Below the pieces are notes generated by a model. That model made no database searches, had not been told where the DNA came from, and saw only the letters and a list, made by a program, of their open reading frames with translations. Positions 34,888 through 46,224 of a stretch of DNA of 64,000 bases are shown here, in pieces. The translations under genes were made by a program, and so were the position numbers. Numbering within the stretch: position 1 is the first letter of the stretch; each line of letters begins with the position of its first letter. This stretch comes from Diplonema japonicum (taxonomy: Eukaryota; Protista; Euglenozoa: Diplonemea). The stretch lies in NCBI GenBank assembly GCA_964019335.1, contig OZ025718.1, positions 248,001 through 312,000 of the forward strand, written 5' to 3'.

Positions 34888-35770
34888 TCATTTGGTAGCA
34901 GTCTGACATTGGTATTGCTGGCTGCATTTGAAATTCCCGCTTTCATCAGCAACTAGGTACTCCATTTTTCGCAGTCTGTAATTATTTTTTTTTTTTTCTC
35001 TTTTTTTTTTTCCCCCCCACCCCAATACTTTTGATGTATGAAGCAAGTGGCAACATTACCAGCCTCAGTATTCTTAATTTTACAGGCGTCATTGGGACGA
35101 CACCGCCAAGAACCATCGAGCGACTGTTCTAGCACTGTATTGGAGCGACGTTTTCCATGAACAGAGCACAGCTCGGTGTTCGGGATTTCGTTGCCTATCA
35201 CGTGGTGCTGGATTCGTGCACCCCCCGCCTGCCTTCCCACCCCAGTAAAAGCGCCACCAATACCACCTATGTGGACACCAGAGTACGGGTTTGGAGTTAC
35301 TGCATAAGGGGTATATCTAGAAGCTGGCGGGGCGCCCTGCATCGCAGTTTCCGGGATTTTACACCGTGTTTCCAGCAAGCACTCCCACTTCGGTCCCCGT
35401 TCTGTCATTACTTGATACAATTGTTGAGGGCTCCTCATTTTTCCATGCGCGTGGCACATTTCTGCTTTTTCAGGATATATAATTGTGTGGCCTGCTGCCA
35501 TCAGGTCGGCCGTGGATGAAGGCATCGGCATCCCGTCTATCTGAGCCACCTTGGAGCTGAAGAATGCTGTCGAAGATGATGCTCCTGCTGTTCGTGTGTT
35601 GGCACCGGGTACTGACGCCTTACATTGGCTATCCGGCTTGCACCTTTTTTATTTATTATTTTTTTTTTTTTTTTGATTCGAAAAAAAACAGACCTAAACT
35701 CTCCGTTTCCGATATCCAACAGGTTCGCCAGGGTGCGCGCTTTCCCGTGCTCTTTACATACTAATGACAT
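34888..35770 (-). CDS. Four-finger C-x2-H...C-x5-C protein, paralogue B (3 exons, 259 aa)
   Basis: Introns 35644-35693 and 34976-35028 lie at the same positions and phases as in paralogue A. Confidence 0.8.
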
Positions 35771-36294
35771 TTTTTCTTCTCCCCCTTCTTTTTTTTTTTT
35801 TTTTCTTTTTTTTCTCCCTCTTGGATTCAGGGGAATTCCTTTTTCTTGTTTTTTTTTTTTTTTTTTTTTTTTTGAAAAAGAAAGAGCGGGCAAATAAATG
35901 GGAACTTTAAAAAAAAGGGGGGGGGGTGGGAAATGTAATGTACTTTTGTTGTGTAACTCATCTCAAAAAAAAGAAGAAAAGACGAAAAAAATGGAAGAAA
36001 GGGAGGAGAAAAAAAAAGAATACAGGGTTAGGTATAAAAAAACAAAACAAAAAAAAAACAGAACAAGCAAACGTAAAATTGAGGTTAGAAAAAAAAGGGG
36101 GGGGTCGGGGTAGAGGGGGGGGGGGTAATAATGGCAGACAAAAAAAAATCCCGATCTCAAATATCTACCATCCATCCCCCCCCCGCCCCCATCCCACCCC
36201 CTCAGTAGCTAGACAATTTTTGACTCTCATTTTCTTTTTTTTTTTTTTTTTTTTTGTATTTTGCAGTTAACAGCTTTTTTTTTTTTAATTGTAC

Positions 36295-36332
<38 letters not shown>

Positions 36333-36333
<1 letters not shown>

Positions 36334-37832
36334 CAAGTATATTTCTTGATAAACCCCATGGTCCTAGCCGCGAAGATGTCAGGATACCTATCATACAGCC
36401 CACAGTGGAACGCTTCAGGAGCGATCCACAACTCCTTTGGCTCATTGGCTGCGTTGAACAAGGCCTCGGAGTGCTCAAGCGGAATGACCTCATCACCCGT
36501 CCCATGCATAAGAAGGACGGGCTGCTTCAAACGAGGGATTACATCAACAGCCTCTTCAGAAAGAAACCCGATTCGAAGCTTCAATATAAAGGCGGGGAGG
36601 GTGGTGAACCAAGCAGCCAGCGTGCTCACAACAGGAGAAGTTCCCAGAAAGTTTTTCACCGCGATTTGAAAGTGGTGGTTCTGGAGGGACGTGGCATAGG
36701 TAAGCGGGTTCTCAGAGATAACTACATCGATCTCCACACAGTTCACCGCAGCAAGTATTGCAGCAGAGCCTCCTACCGAAGTCCCAACTACTACAACTTT
36801 GTCCATTTCGTATTCTTTTCGAACCCATTTGGCGGCTTGAACGACATCGCGAGACTCCTTTATCCCATATGTGAAACCCCTTCCATGACCGTCAGAGGCT
36901 CCATGCTCTCTAAAATCAAACATAAAACATGGGTACCCACCTGTCCCGTGAAACAGTTTTACGTGGCGTAGCCACGCCCGCCTGTCCCTCCCACCACCGT
37001 GCACGAATAATATACACGTTTTCCCCTTCCCTGGAATCCACCATCCTCTCAAAATATATTTTTCCGATCGAAACGATACCTCCTCGTACTCGATGCTGAG
37101 GTCGTACTTTGGGTTTGTGTAGATTCCTTGCCAGTAAGGCGGGATACCATTATTACAGAGATCCTTTCCTGGGGTCGGGTGGTACCATGGTGGTGAGATG
37201 GAGAGCTCAGAAATTAGATACGCTGCCACAAGGGAGACCCATGCCGTGGAGAAGGTTAGGAAGCACAATATGAAAAGGGGGCCTTGATACACGATAAGAA
37301 GAATGAACGGCAAGCTTGTGAAAAAAATGAGCTTGGTCACTGAAGAATGGTCCACCACATCGCCGGTTTCCATGGCACCGCCTTGGTCTTTTTTGGTAAG
37401 ATTTGTCTTTGCGAGTTTTTCGGTGTATTTTTCGCTGTCGACGGCGCCGTGGGTACGCAGGAAGGCGACGATTGGTTCGTGGCCTGCTTCTTGTGCTTCC
37501 ATTAACGGTGATTTTGACGCCAAGTCTGGGGTGTTTACCTCAACGTGCTTTTTTACGAGTTCTTGAACAACGCCAAGCCACCCGTTTTGGCACGCGTAGT
37601 GCAGGATTGTCTTTCCGTCCCAGTCTGTCCCATCTACCCTGACCTTGCTGTTTTTTACAATATCTTCGACTTTACGCTCGTCGCCGTCCCTGCAAGCGTT
37701 GAAGATGACAGCTGAGCTGTGAGCCCCGCCCACACCGTCGTTGGGCCCCATTCTGGCACCGTTTGACAGGCTTCTCTTTATCTTGCGAACTGTCGTTTTG
37801 ATGTCGTGCATTTGGCGGCGACGGGCTTCCAT
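36333..37832 (-). CDS. Ankyrin-repeat + TM + alpha/beta-hydrolase
   Basis: Ankyrin repeats (GKTILHYACQNG, KSPLMEA), two hydrophobic segments, HGGG, nucleophile GTSVGG, HGTGDEVIP, AFHCG. Confidence 0.88.
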
Positions 37833-38809
37833 ATTTCTTTTTTCCCGAAAAAACTACCAACGTGACCCCCCCTTTGGTTTGAAATGTCTTCATTTTAGGA
37901 TGGACGCCCCGGGGAGTGAAATAAAACGAAAGAATTTCCATTCGTGTAATAAAAAATCGGATTTTTTGTTTTCTTTTTTTTTTTTTTTTTTGTTTTTTGT
38001 TTTAACAATATTATTGTCGAGACTAAAAACTAGTTGATGGCAGCGTAATGAGCTATTTTATTAGGTAAAATTCCGCTCGTGCGCACAAACAAATGGAGCG
38101 CCAAACTAGTTTTTTTGCTCTTTTCCTATCACAGGGCCGACGGGCATCGCAACTTCTGGTCTGTGTGAAATTTGGGTTTTTTTCCCCCCCCTTCTTCTTT
38201 TTTTTTTTTTTCCCGCCAGCAAAGAGACAGGGTTGGGTAGAAAACACAGTTATCTCTCCTTTGACATTTAAGTTCAAAATCCCCTTTTTGCACACCATAA
38301 ACTGCCTTCGACAAAACACAGGGAAGGGGGGACGAGCTTTCTTCTCTCTTTCAACAATGGCACCGCGTGGGGGAGGGGAGGGGAGGGTTCCTTTTTCTCA
38401 CTTTCAACCTACACCAGCCTTAACCAGTACGTTCTACTCAGTACTCTTCTTTCCGCAACCCCGTTGGGAAGCAGTTCGGCGAAGCCCCCCAGTGCAATTG
38501 CCCCCATGCCCTTGCCCCATGCCTCTCACAAGGACCCCAGTTACCAGTACATCCTCTTGCGGCAGCGCCTCACGAGACCGTTGGCTATAAGATCCCATCT
38601 AACTACATAGGCACACCGACCCCTTCTTCACCACTTGGGACGAAGAGAAGCGAGGATTGCGTAGATCACATGTTGGAAACACTGATTTCTTTGAACCGCA
38701 ACGAAGGCAAAAGCACAGGACCACCCCAAGCAAGCCAGACCATTTCTATGAAAATGGTACAGAGAACATCCCGAAAGGAAAAAAAACAGAAAAAGGAGCT
38801 GTATCCTGC

Positions 38810-39800
38810 TTTTCGCAAGCAGAACATTGATTTGCAAGACCTGCTGCACAGAGGACACACCATCGGAAAGGGCGACGTTGTAAGTAGCTATCCCCACTGC
38901 CTCTGGCACAGTGGTGAAGATGAGAAATCCTGACGGTGACACAGCGGGTTGTGTTGAGAAAAGAGCAGCACCCGACATGGGGGTCACAGTGTAAGTCACA
39001 GCACCTTGTGTATTAGAAGTGCTTGTCACCCATTTACTGTTGTATGTGCCAGGTGCTGTCTGCACAACGCCTTCAGTGGTGAATAGCAATGCGGCATTCG
39101 AAGTGATGGTAACGCTGAGGAGTGCTTCCTGGGATGTATCACTTCCACCGTTGGCCACAGTCGGTGGCGGTCACCTTGATCCCCACCTGGCCAGTCTTAG
39201 ATGCTGTCTTGAACGTCAATGCGCATCAGCTGTGATTTGCGGCTGCTCCGTCAGCATCGCAGGGTCAGTGGCCACGGCACTCAGCGTGACCTTCTAGCCC
39301 CGCTGAAATATCTGCTAGCACCTTACCGCTATGTACCCAACGCTGGGCTTGCGATGGTTGCATTGGTAAGCACGAAGGTGGGCGGATCATTGACCGGCTC
39401 GTCTACAAACCGCACGTCTGTGTCCCTGAAGGTGGGGTCTCGGGTTTCCCATCGGTTACCTTGATGGTGACAACACCTTCCCCGAAGCCGTCTTGCGTCA
39501 TTGTGCTCACAAGGCTCCCATTGTCAACGGTGATCGTGGTGGGCACCTCAAAGAGCGGTGGGTCGTTGACATCTCTCACGACAACCACCAGCTGCACAGG
39601 GTCCGCACTGTCTTTCCCGCCGTTCGCAGTGCCGCCCGTGTCGCGCAGCTTGAGTGTTAGCACAGCAGTGCCGTACCTGTTCGCAGCGGACTGTAGCAAC
39701 AGGCTGGCACTGCTATCCCGGACCTCAGTTGTCGGTGGGACAGCAAAGAGCTCACCTGACACCACCTCCACGGCAACGGTCATAGACTGCTCACCCTCGT
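38810..39800 (-). pseudogene. Fragmented cadherin/bacterial Ig-like repeat surface-protein gene
   Basis: Repeated motifs VNDPP(L/T)F, LFAVPP/LFSTQP, DTGGTANGGKDS/ANGGSDTS, interrupted by frameshifts and stops between 39160 and 39460. No valid start or end. Confidence 0.65.
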
Positions 39801-40021
39801 AGCTTCTAGCAAAGAGCTTGCTCCCGAAAGTGCGTGACACCTTCCCGTGAAGCCTTCTGTTAATACAAACTGTCGACAGGCACCTCCCAACTGGGAAAGT
39901 CTTCTTTTTCTTTTTGGGGGGCTTAGTTGCGCATTTCACATCGTTAAACGAGGTCTCCTTCTTTACACGACACGCACTTCCAGGCCGCCGGGCATCTTGT
40001 TCCTTCTCGCCTTCGCTTCAA

Positions 40022-40430
40022 GCACTTCCATGCGATGCGACGTCATTACTCACTGTACTGCTCGCCTCTTTCTGGCATGTTCAGTTTCCCCTCAAGCTGC
40101 TGAAGGCACTTTCGTTTGCATCGATATTTGTGGTGCAGGGTTGCAAGGTTCCCTTAGAGCCACATGGGTTCTCCGAGCATGTAGCACTAGACGCAAGAGC
40201 CACATGGCTTGCAGCAGGGCAAAAGAAATGTGCCACTTCGACACGCACTTCCATGCGATGCGACGTCACTACCCACTGTACTGCTCGCCTCTTTCTGGCA
40301 TGTTCAGTTTGCTGGCACTTTCGTTTGCATCGATATTTTGTGGTGCAGGGTTGTAAGGTTCCCTTAGAGCCACATGGGTTCCCCGAGCATGTAGCACTAG
40401 ACGCAAGAGCAACATGGCTTGCAGCAGGGC
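40022..40430. repeat. Two-copy ~200-bp tandem duplication
   Basis: gcacttccatgcgatgcgacgtca...catggcttgcagcagggc at about 40022-40220 and 40245-40430. Confidence 0.9.
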
Positions 40431-40561
40431 TCAGAAGAAATGTGCCAAGGCACGAGACGAGGGAAAATAACTTTCAAGGACACGCCCCCTTCCGACACGC
40501 CCGTTTCCCACCCCCCAATCCTTCTCTCTTTTTTTTTTTCCTCTTTTTTTTTCCTCTCTCT

Positions 40562-40608
<47 letters not shown>

Positions 40609-40946
40609 CCCTCTCGTTGCCAGTTCTGCATTGTCAACACCGCGTTCGGGTGCACTAAGTGGTGAGTACGTTTTTGATGACACCCCTAGAAGGTAACATA
40701 GTAACTATCAAGCCTTATCAAGGCTGAAGGGTATAACGTTAGCAGTCCCGCAACACTCTCCCCTTCGAGCTCAGACCGTTGGTCAGCCTGCCTTCCTGTT
40801 TGGGGCAGGTGCCTTCAGTTGCTCGAGGTTACCTCGCAAAGAACTGTCTGCTGGCCACTCTTTGTTTTCCTCCTTTTCCCCCATGTTCCTCTCCTTTGTT
40901 CTCTCCCTTATCATTCGTGCGTCAACGCGAGACATTTTGTGTGTGT

Positions 40947-40977
<31 letters not shown>

Positions 40978-41421
40978 CCGTAACTCAGATATTCCTAAAA
41001 ATAGGGGGAGGGAAAAAGACCGCTATTTAAGGGGTGTGGGGGGTGGGGGGGATTTTAAGAAAAAAAGATTTTTTTTCCAACAGGGAAAAATATTAAAAAA
41101 AAAAAAACAAGTTCATATAAAAAGTGGTGGGGGGAAAATAGATAGGGCCAGCCAGCCGGTATTTGTCACAACCTAGGCACATCCTAGGTATATTTTTGTC
41201 GACTACTAGATAGCTCTCAGTTTCGGACTCTTTTAGGTGCTGAAAATACCATTCTGTCCGCTCACCGGTCCTTGTGACAACTACCGGATAATTGGCCGCG
41301 AAAAAAAAAAAATGATGATTTAAGGGGGAACGGGGGGGTGTGGTAAGAACAAACTTTGTCATGCCAGCTAGCACCCATTGTCCGGATTCTACAGGGAGCA
41401 AAATCTTTTTTTTTCGGGGGC

Positions 41422-41454
<33 letters not shown>

Positions 41455-41503
41455 GTCGCAAGACTGCATAGAAGCGGGGGGGGGGGGAAGTGCAAAGAAA
41501 TAT

Positions 41504-41647
41504 GAGTTCGCCCGGATAAAAATTTCCTTTTAGTTAGGAGGACACTACCTCTTGATAGGAACGACAACGAAAGAACTGTGCAGCACACATACACAGGTGT
41601 TTTGAGGCGTCATTCGATGACCACTTCATTGTGTCTCGGACGAGCTC
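41504..41647. mobile_element. 144-bp MITE related to the 10649 element, ATAT target-site duplication
   Basis: Termini GAGTTCGCCCGG / CGGACGAGCTC; ATAT at 41500-41503 and 41648-41651. Confidence 0.65.
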
Positions 41648-42040
41648 ATATAAGAAAATTGGAGGGATTCGCAGAAAAGCGGACAAATTTTTCTTTTATT
41701 TTCTTCTCGTTTTCCTTCTTTTCTTGCGAAGAAGGGGGGGGGGAAATGATCAATTAGAACCAGGCATAATTACATCTCCCCCACCTTTTGCCATACCAAA
41801 ACCAACAAAAACTATACAATTTAAGATTTGTGAAGGAAGAAAAAAAAAATCACTTAAAAAGTGTAGATGGTGGTTGGGTACTTTCGACATGGTGACACCC
41901 GGGGAGGGGGGATCAGTTTATTCTTTATCTTCAAAAAAAGAAAAAAAAGAAGAAGAAAAAACAAGACGGTCTCTAGAACAACGCAAATTGTAGAAATCTT
42001 TTACTTAACGAATCGTCCAAATAGAAAACGAAAAAAGAAA

Positions 42041-42342
42041 TATAAGAGTTAAAGAAGGGCCGGTGTTGGCGGCGCCCACAACAAATGTCTACTTGATTAC
42101 AGGGGGCGCACCGCCGCCGAGTTGTAGCTTCTTCTGCGTTCCGCGTCGTGTCCTTAATGCGTGCGGTGTACAGCTCAACCCCAGCCGGAGCGTCCCGTGT
42201 AACCAAGATTCGGCGCTCGTGCACTTTGCTGCCTGTTCGTCACCCTGAGCATCTGCATTATGTTCTTCCACTCGGGCGCTATCGGTGATGACCGACGAGG
42301 AGGTCGAGGTCAACAGCGAACAACACATCTGATGGTTTTCTT
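42041..42342 (-). repeat. SINE-like repeat, copy 4 (near full length)
   Basis: Aligns along its full length with 3617-3912. Confidence 0.85.
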
Positions 42343-42459
42343 CTAAAAAAAAAAAAAAGAAAAAAAAAGAGTGGGGAAGGAACGCACAGGGTGATAGGTA
42401 AAGTTAATTGTGCCAGTTTTCAACATACGGGGGGAAGGAGGAAAGAAGAAGAAAGAGAA

Positions 42460-42490
<31 letters not shown>

Positions 42491-42934
42491 AAAAGAATAA
42501 AACAGAAAAGAAAACGAAAACCCGAAACTTTCAACAAAACGGAAGAAAGAAAGAAAAAATACTGTTCTTTTTTTTCTTTTTTTTTCTTTTTTTTCAACCT
42601 CAAGCTCAGCAAGCGGAAGGGACCTCGATCTATTTTTGCGGTGCGCTGGTTGGTGCCCACCGTGGACTGGGGATCCTACACGTGCCTGTCACCATTCTGC
42701 GGTTGCATCCTGGTGCCGGCCGTCGGGGTTTGCCTGTCCGTCATGGACGGCATTTGAAAAAAAAAAAAAAAAAAACAGTACACACAAAACACTTCTTTCC
42801 GATGTTTTTCAGGGGAACAGGGTCTTTGCGATACGCCCCTCCCCCCCTTCTTGTTCTCATCTACCCCATCCTAAGAATCAAGGGAGTGAATAAGCATTTT
42901 TTTCCAGTGATGGTCCAAAAAAAGATTTTTCTAC

Positions 42935-44014
42935 TTAATTAGGCTTCTTTCTCCACCCACCCCCACCTTTTTTCCTCTCACCGTTGTTGTGCCCACCATT
43001 GTTGTTATTCATGGTTAAGTTTCTCCCGGTGTTTTGGAAATAGTTCTGTGCGTACAGCTGTTGGAAGATGGAGCTCTGTGTGAGGAAGTTCAGTGTGTAG
43101 TTGCCGTCAGTCACAATAGTGCGCTGGTTCTGGATAACCGGAAGCGTTTTCCGCCCGTTCTTGGTGTTCAGACGGGAACGCAGTTGCGTGAAAAACATTT
43201 CCTTCCACCCGGGACCCCGCAGCTCATCCTCCTTGATGTGCCTATCATCAAAGGAAAGCATTCTATTATATGAAAATCCATGATCTGTGGCCATAACATG
43301 TAGCTCGTTAAAATCTTTATCTGACGACACCAACGTGATTGGGAACTTTGCACTGTGTTCGTCCATAATCACATCAACTAAGGTAGACAGAATAAGGCTA
43401 TCGGCAGCGCCGTGGGTGCCCCCGCTGAATTTGCAGCATATTTTCCCGGATTTGACCAGTCTTTCTAAAACGTGGCCTTTAAGAAAATTCTGGATGTAAC
43501 TGTAGCCGGCTGTGCCCCAGGCTGCGAAAACGTAGCAGTTTTCGGGTATGAGTTCGAGTTGTTTTTCGACTTCGTACTCGGCAGCTTGGTCGAAGAAAAA
43601 TCGAACGTTTTCAAGGTCCAGGACTAACAGGTGTTTGCAGTCCTCTGGTATCGTTGTCCACCCGCAGCGGCACAGTTCGTCGGCATTGGTGTGGAAATTT
43701 GTTCGGACAATAGGGTCCGCTATGCGAATGGCGTCGCTGTGTGAGACTATCTTGTTCTTCATCGCGTACCGTTTTTTTTCGTTCTTTATGAGGTCGTTCA
43801 AAGCCCGTTGGAATTGCTTGTCCATCCAGAGCTTGTTCACGCTTCCCAGGCCCAGCGTGCTCTTCACGCTGCTGTACAATACTGTCATGTCGTCCTCCTG
43901 TGTCGGGACGCCCTTGGCCATCTTCTCCCCTGCGATTATCACACACCCCTCATCCACTACATCGTCGTCGCTCAGGCACTCTATTTCCACCTCCTCACGC
44001 TTGCGCTTCATCAT
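42935..44014 (-). CDS. NYN/PIN-like putative ribonuclease domain protein
   Basis: LVLDLENV, GAADSLI and LVSSDKDF match the acidic NYN motifs (DxEN / D / SxDxDF). Basic N- and C-termini (NLS-like). Confidence 0.7.
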   Translation of the reverse strand: MMKRKREEVEIECLSDDDVVDEGCVIIAGEKMAKGVPTQEDDMTVLYSSVKSTLGLGSVNKLWMDKQFQRALNDLIKNEKKRYAMKNKIVSHSDAIRIADPIVRTNFHTNADELCRCGWTTIPEDCKHLLVLDLENVRFFFDQAAEYEVEKQLELIPENCYVFAAWGTAGYSYIQNFLKGHVLERLVKSGKICCKFSGGTHGAADSLILSTLVDVIMDEHSAKFPITLVSSDKDFNELHVMATDHGFSYNRMLSFDDRHIKEDELRGPGWKEMFFTQLRSRLNTKNGRKTLPVIQNQRTIVTDGNYTLNFLTQSSIFQQLYAQNYFQNTGRNLTMNNNNGGHNNGERKKGGGGWRKKPN

Positions 44015-44108
44015 TGACGATTTTTTGTTTTTTTTTTTGCTGGGGGGGTCGTGTGTTTTCTTTTAAAAAAAAAAAAAAAACAAAAAAGAACGTTTTCCTT
44101 TTTTTTTT

Positions 44109-44144
<36 letters not shown>

Positions 44145-44364
44145 TATGAGCAGAGACAGGTCAAAGCATGGGGGTGGCCACGCCCCTGTCTCAATAGCAC
44201 GATATTCATTCATTTTTCACATTATTTTCTAGACACGAAAATAAAAAAAAAAGGGAGAGGAGGTGGGGGGGGGGGGGGGGAAACAGAGAGGCGAGTGAGA
44301 AAAGTAATAATTTCAGCGTGCAAAGGGGGGGGGCCCTCGTTTTAGTGCCACCATCATCTTCACC

Positions 44365-46002
44365 TCACTGGGGGTTGTTTACATACCCCCACTTGTCCCA
44401 GTAGTCACAAGCTTCTAAATTCAAGTTCGTCTTCACTGTGGTGGGCGTCTCGAGTGACAGATACTTGTTGTCGTTCAAAGCATAAGCAGGCCACTGAGGA
44501 CAAGTTGGACAAGAAGGATGCCCATTGGTCCTGGCAAAGGAAGTCCAAAGACCGGCCATTTTGTTGGAAAGGGCAGTTTCCTCCGGGGTCCATTTGCGGA
44601 ATTGGTTCACAAGGTTAAACGCGAAAGGAACCTCGCAGGTGTGGTAGTCACCAAACTCTTTGTACAAGTCGGATGAAATCGTTTGGTTGAAGTGGTACGA
44701 GAAAACAGGGGATTTTCTAGAAGGGTTCGACAGAAGCGAGCGGGTTAAGAACCTAGCAGGACATTCGAAAAAAAAATCACGAATGATCAAGGAAGCGGTT
44801 CTCTCAGAGGTTATACCCCGCTTCCCGTAGAAAGCCACCGCAGAATCCACCACCGTTTCGTTGAAAAAGTGGAGCAGTGTTCTCTTGAGCCCGCTTGCGG
44901 ACAACGGAAGCGTGACAGGAACATCACCTCCAACGATAAATGGAATCATGGGCATGAAAATCGATCCTTCATTGTCCACATTCCCCAGAATTATTGGAAC
45001 GTCGTGAAAACCTTTACTTGTCGATGCGAGGTTGATAGGTGTGTCGGGAAGGACTGTTCCATCGATGACAGGCCACCACGCCATTAAAGGCATCAGTCTT
45101 GGTAGGCCGGTTCTGTCTGTTTTCGGGAATTTAAACCTCCATTCTAGTACCGCGTTCAACAGCGTGCTTAAAGGAAGCGATCGCAAGCATGTTAGTTGAG
45201 TGGAGTTGTTCGGGCATCCTACTTGCTCTGCGTACAATTCTCCGAATGAGGTCGCGTTTTTGTATGAGATCCACGAGACATCGCTTACCGGTAGCGGGGA
45301 GTGAATGGCAGCGGAATGGAACAATCCTGCAGATCCGGGCATGGACAGTTGTGCGGTAACCGAACACCCTCCTGCGGATTGTCCGAAAAGCATTACATTT
45401 GAAGGGTTCCCCCCGAATTTTTCGATGTTATTCTTGACCCATTTCAACGCGAATTGTTGGTCTAGCAACGCGTAGTTCCCGGTGGTATTCGACTCTGCAA
45501 ACAGAGACGGGAGCGCCAGAAAACCCAGATTGTTCACACGGTAGTTCATTGACACCACGATTGCATTGTAATTCTTCGCAAGATCCTTCCCGTTGTATAT
45601 GTTAAGCTGGTCCGCAGAACCAATAACATACGCACCACCGTAGATCCATACCATGACCGTGAGGTTGGATAAGCGGGTTTCTTCAAAGCTTGGTCTGAAT
45701 ACGTCGATTGTTAAACAGTCTTCTTTTCCAAACCATTCGTTTTTTTCTGCATGGACCTGCGGGCACATTGGGGGTTGTAGCACGTCCAGTTCCTTCACGC
45801 CCGACCATTTCTTCGGGGCCGTTGGGGGCTTGAACCTTCCCTCGCCCCCGGTGTCGGCGCCGTACGGTATTCCGTAGAAGTAGTCGGTTTTCGTGAACAC
45901 ATCGAAACGACCCTTCACCGTCCCGTGCTGCGTCTCTACCACCAGGCTTTGGTAGGTTTGCTGAGCGAGACCCAATAGTATGGATACTAGAAATAGCCTC
46001 AT
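44365..46002 (-). CDS. Secreted type-B carboxylesterase/lipase
   Basis: Signal peptide, GIPYG, EDCL, WIYGGAY, NYRV..LGFL, GQSAG nucleophile, NEG, GDYH. Confidence 0.95.
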   Translation of the reverse strand: MRLFLVSILLGLAQQTYQSLVVETQHGTVKGRFDVFTKTDYFYGIPYGADTGGEGRFKPPTAPKKWSGVKELDVLQPPMCPQVHAEKNEWFGKEDCLTIDVFRPSFEETRLSNLTVMVWIYGGAYVIGSADQLNIYNGKDLAKNYNAIVVSMNYRVNNLGFLALPSLFAESNTTGNYALLDQQFALKWVKNNIEKFGGNPSNVMLFGQSAGGCSVTAQLSMPGSAGLFHSAAIHSPLPVSDVSWISYKNATSFGELYAEQVGCPNNSTQLTCLRSLPLSTLLNAVLEWRFKFPKTDRTGLPRLMPLMAWWPVIDGTVLPDTPINLASTSKGFHDVPIILGNVDNEGSIFMPMIPFIVGGDVPVTLPLSASGLKRTLLHFFNETVVDSAVAFYGKRGITSERTASLIIRDFFFECPARFLTRSLLSNPSRKSPVFSYHFNQTISSDLYKEFGDYHTCEVPFAFNLVNQFRKWTPEETALSNKMAGLWTSFARTNGHPSCPTCPQWPAYALNDNKYLSLETPTTVKTNLNLEACDYWDKWGYVNNPQ

Positions 46003-46224
46003 TTTTTTTTTCTTTTTTTTTTTCCCCCACCGGTCTTTTTTCTTTGATTTTGGCGAGGGGGAGAAGAAAAAAAAAATGGGAAACAGAGGAGTTGGGGGAG
46101 AAAGCGGGGGGGGGGGGGATAAATAAAAAGCTCGTTTCTCATTTACATGTTTTTCTTTTTTTTTAAAGGATGGGGGGGGGGGGACAAAAACAACAACACA
46201 AAAAGTCTATTTCTAATTTCTTCT

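Noticed and set aside
41093-41420. Possible small spliced gene
   Set aside because: No splice combination gave a convincing ATG-to-stop product.
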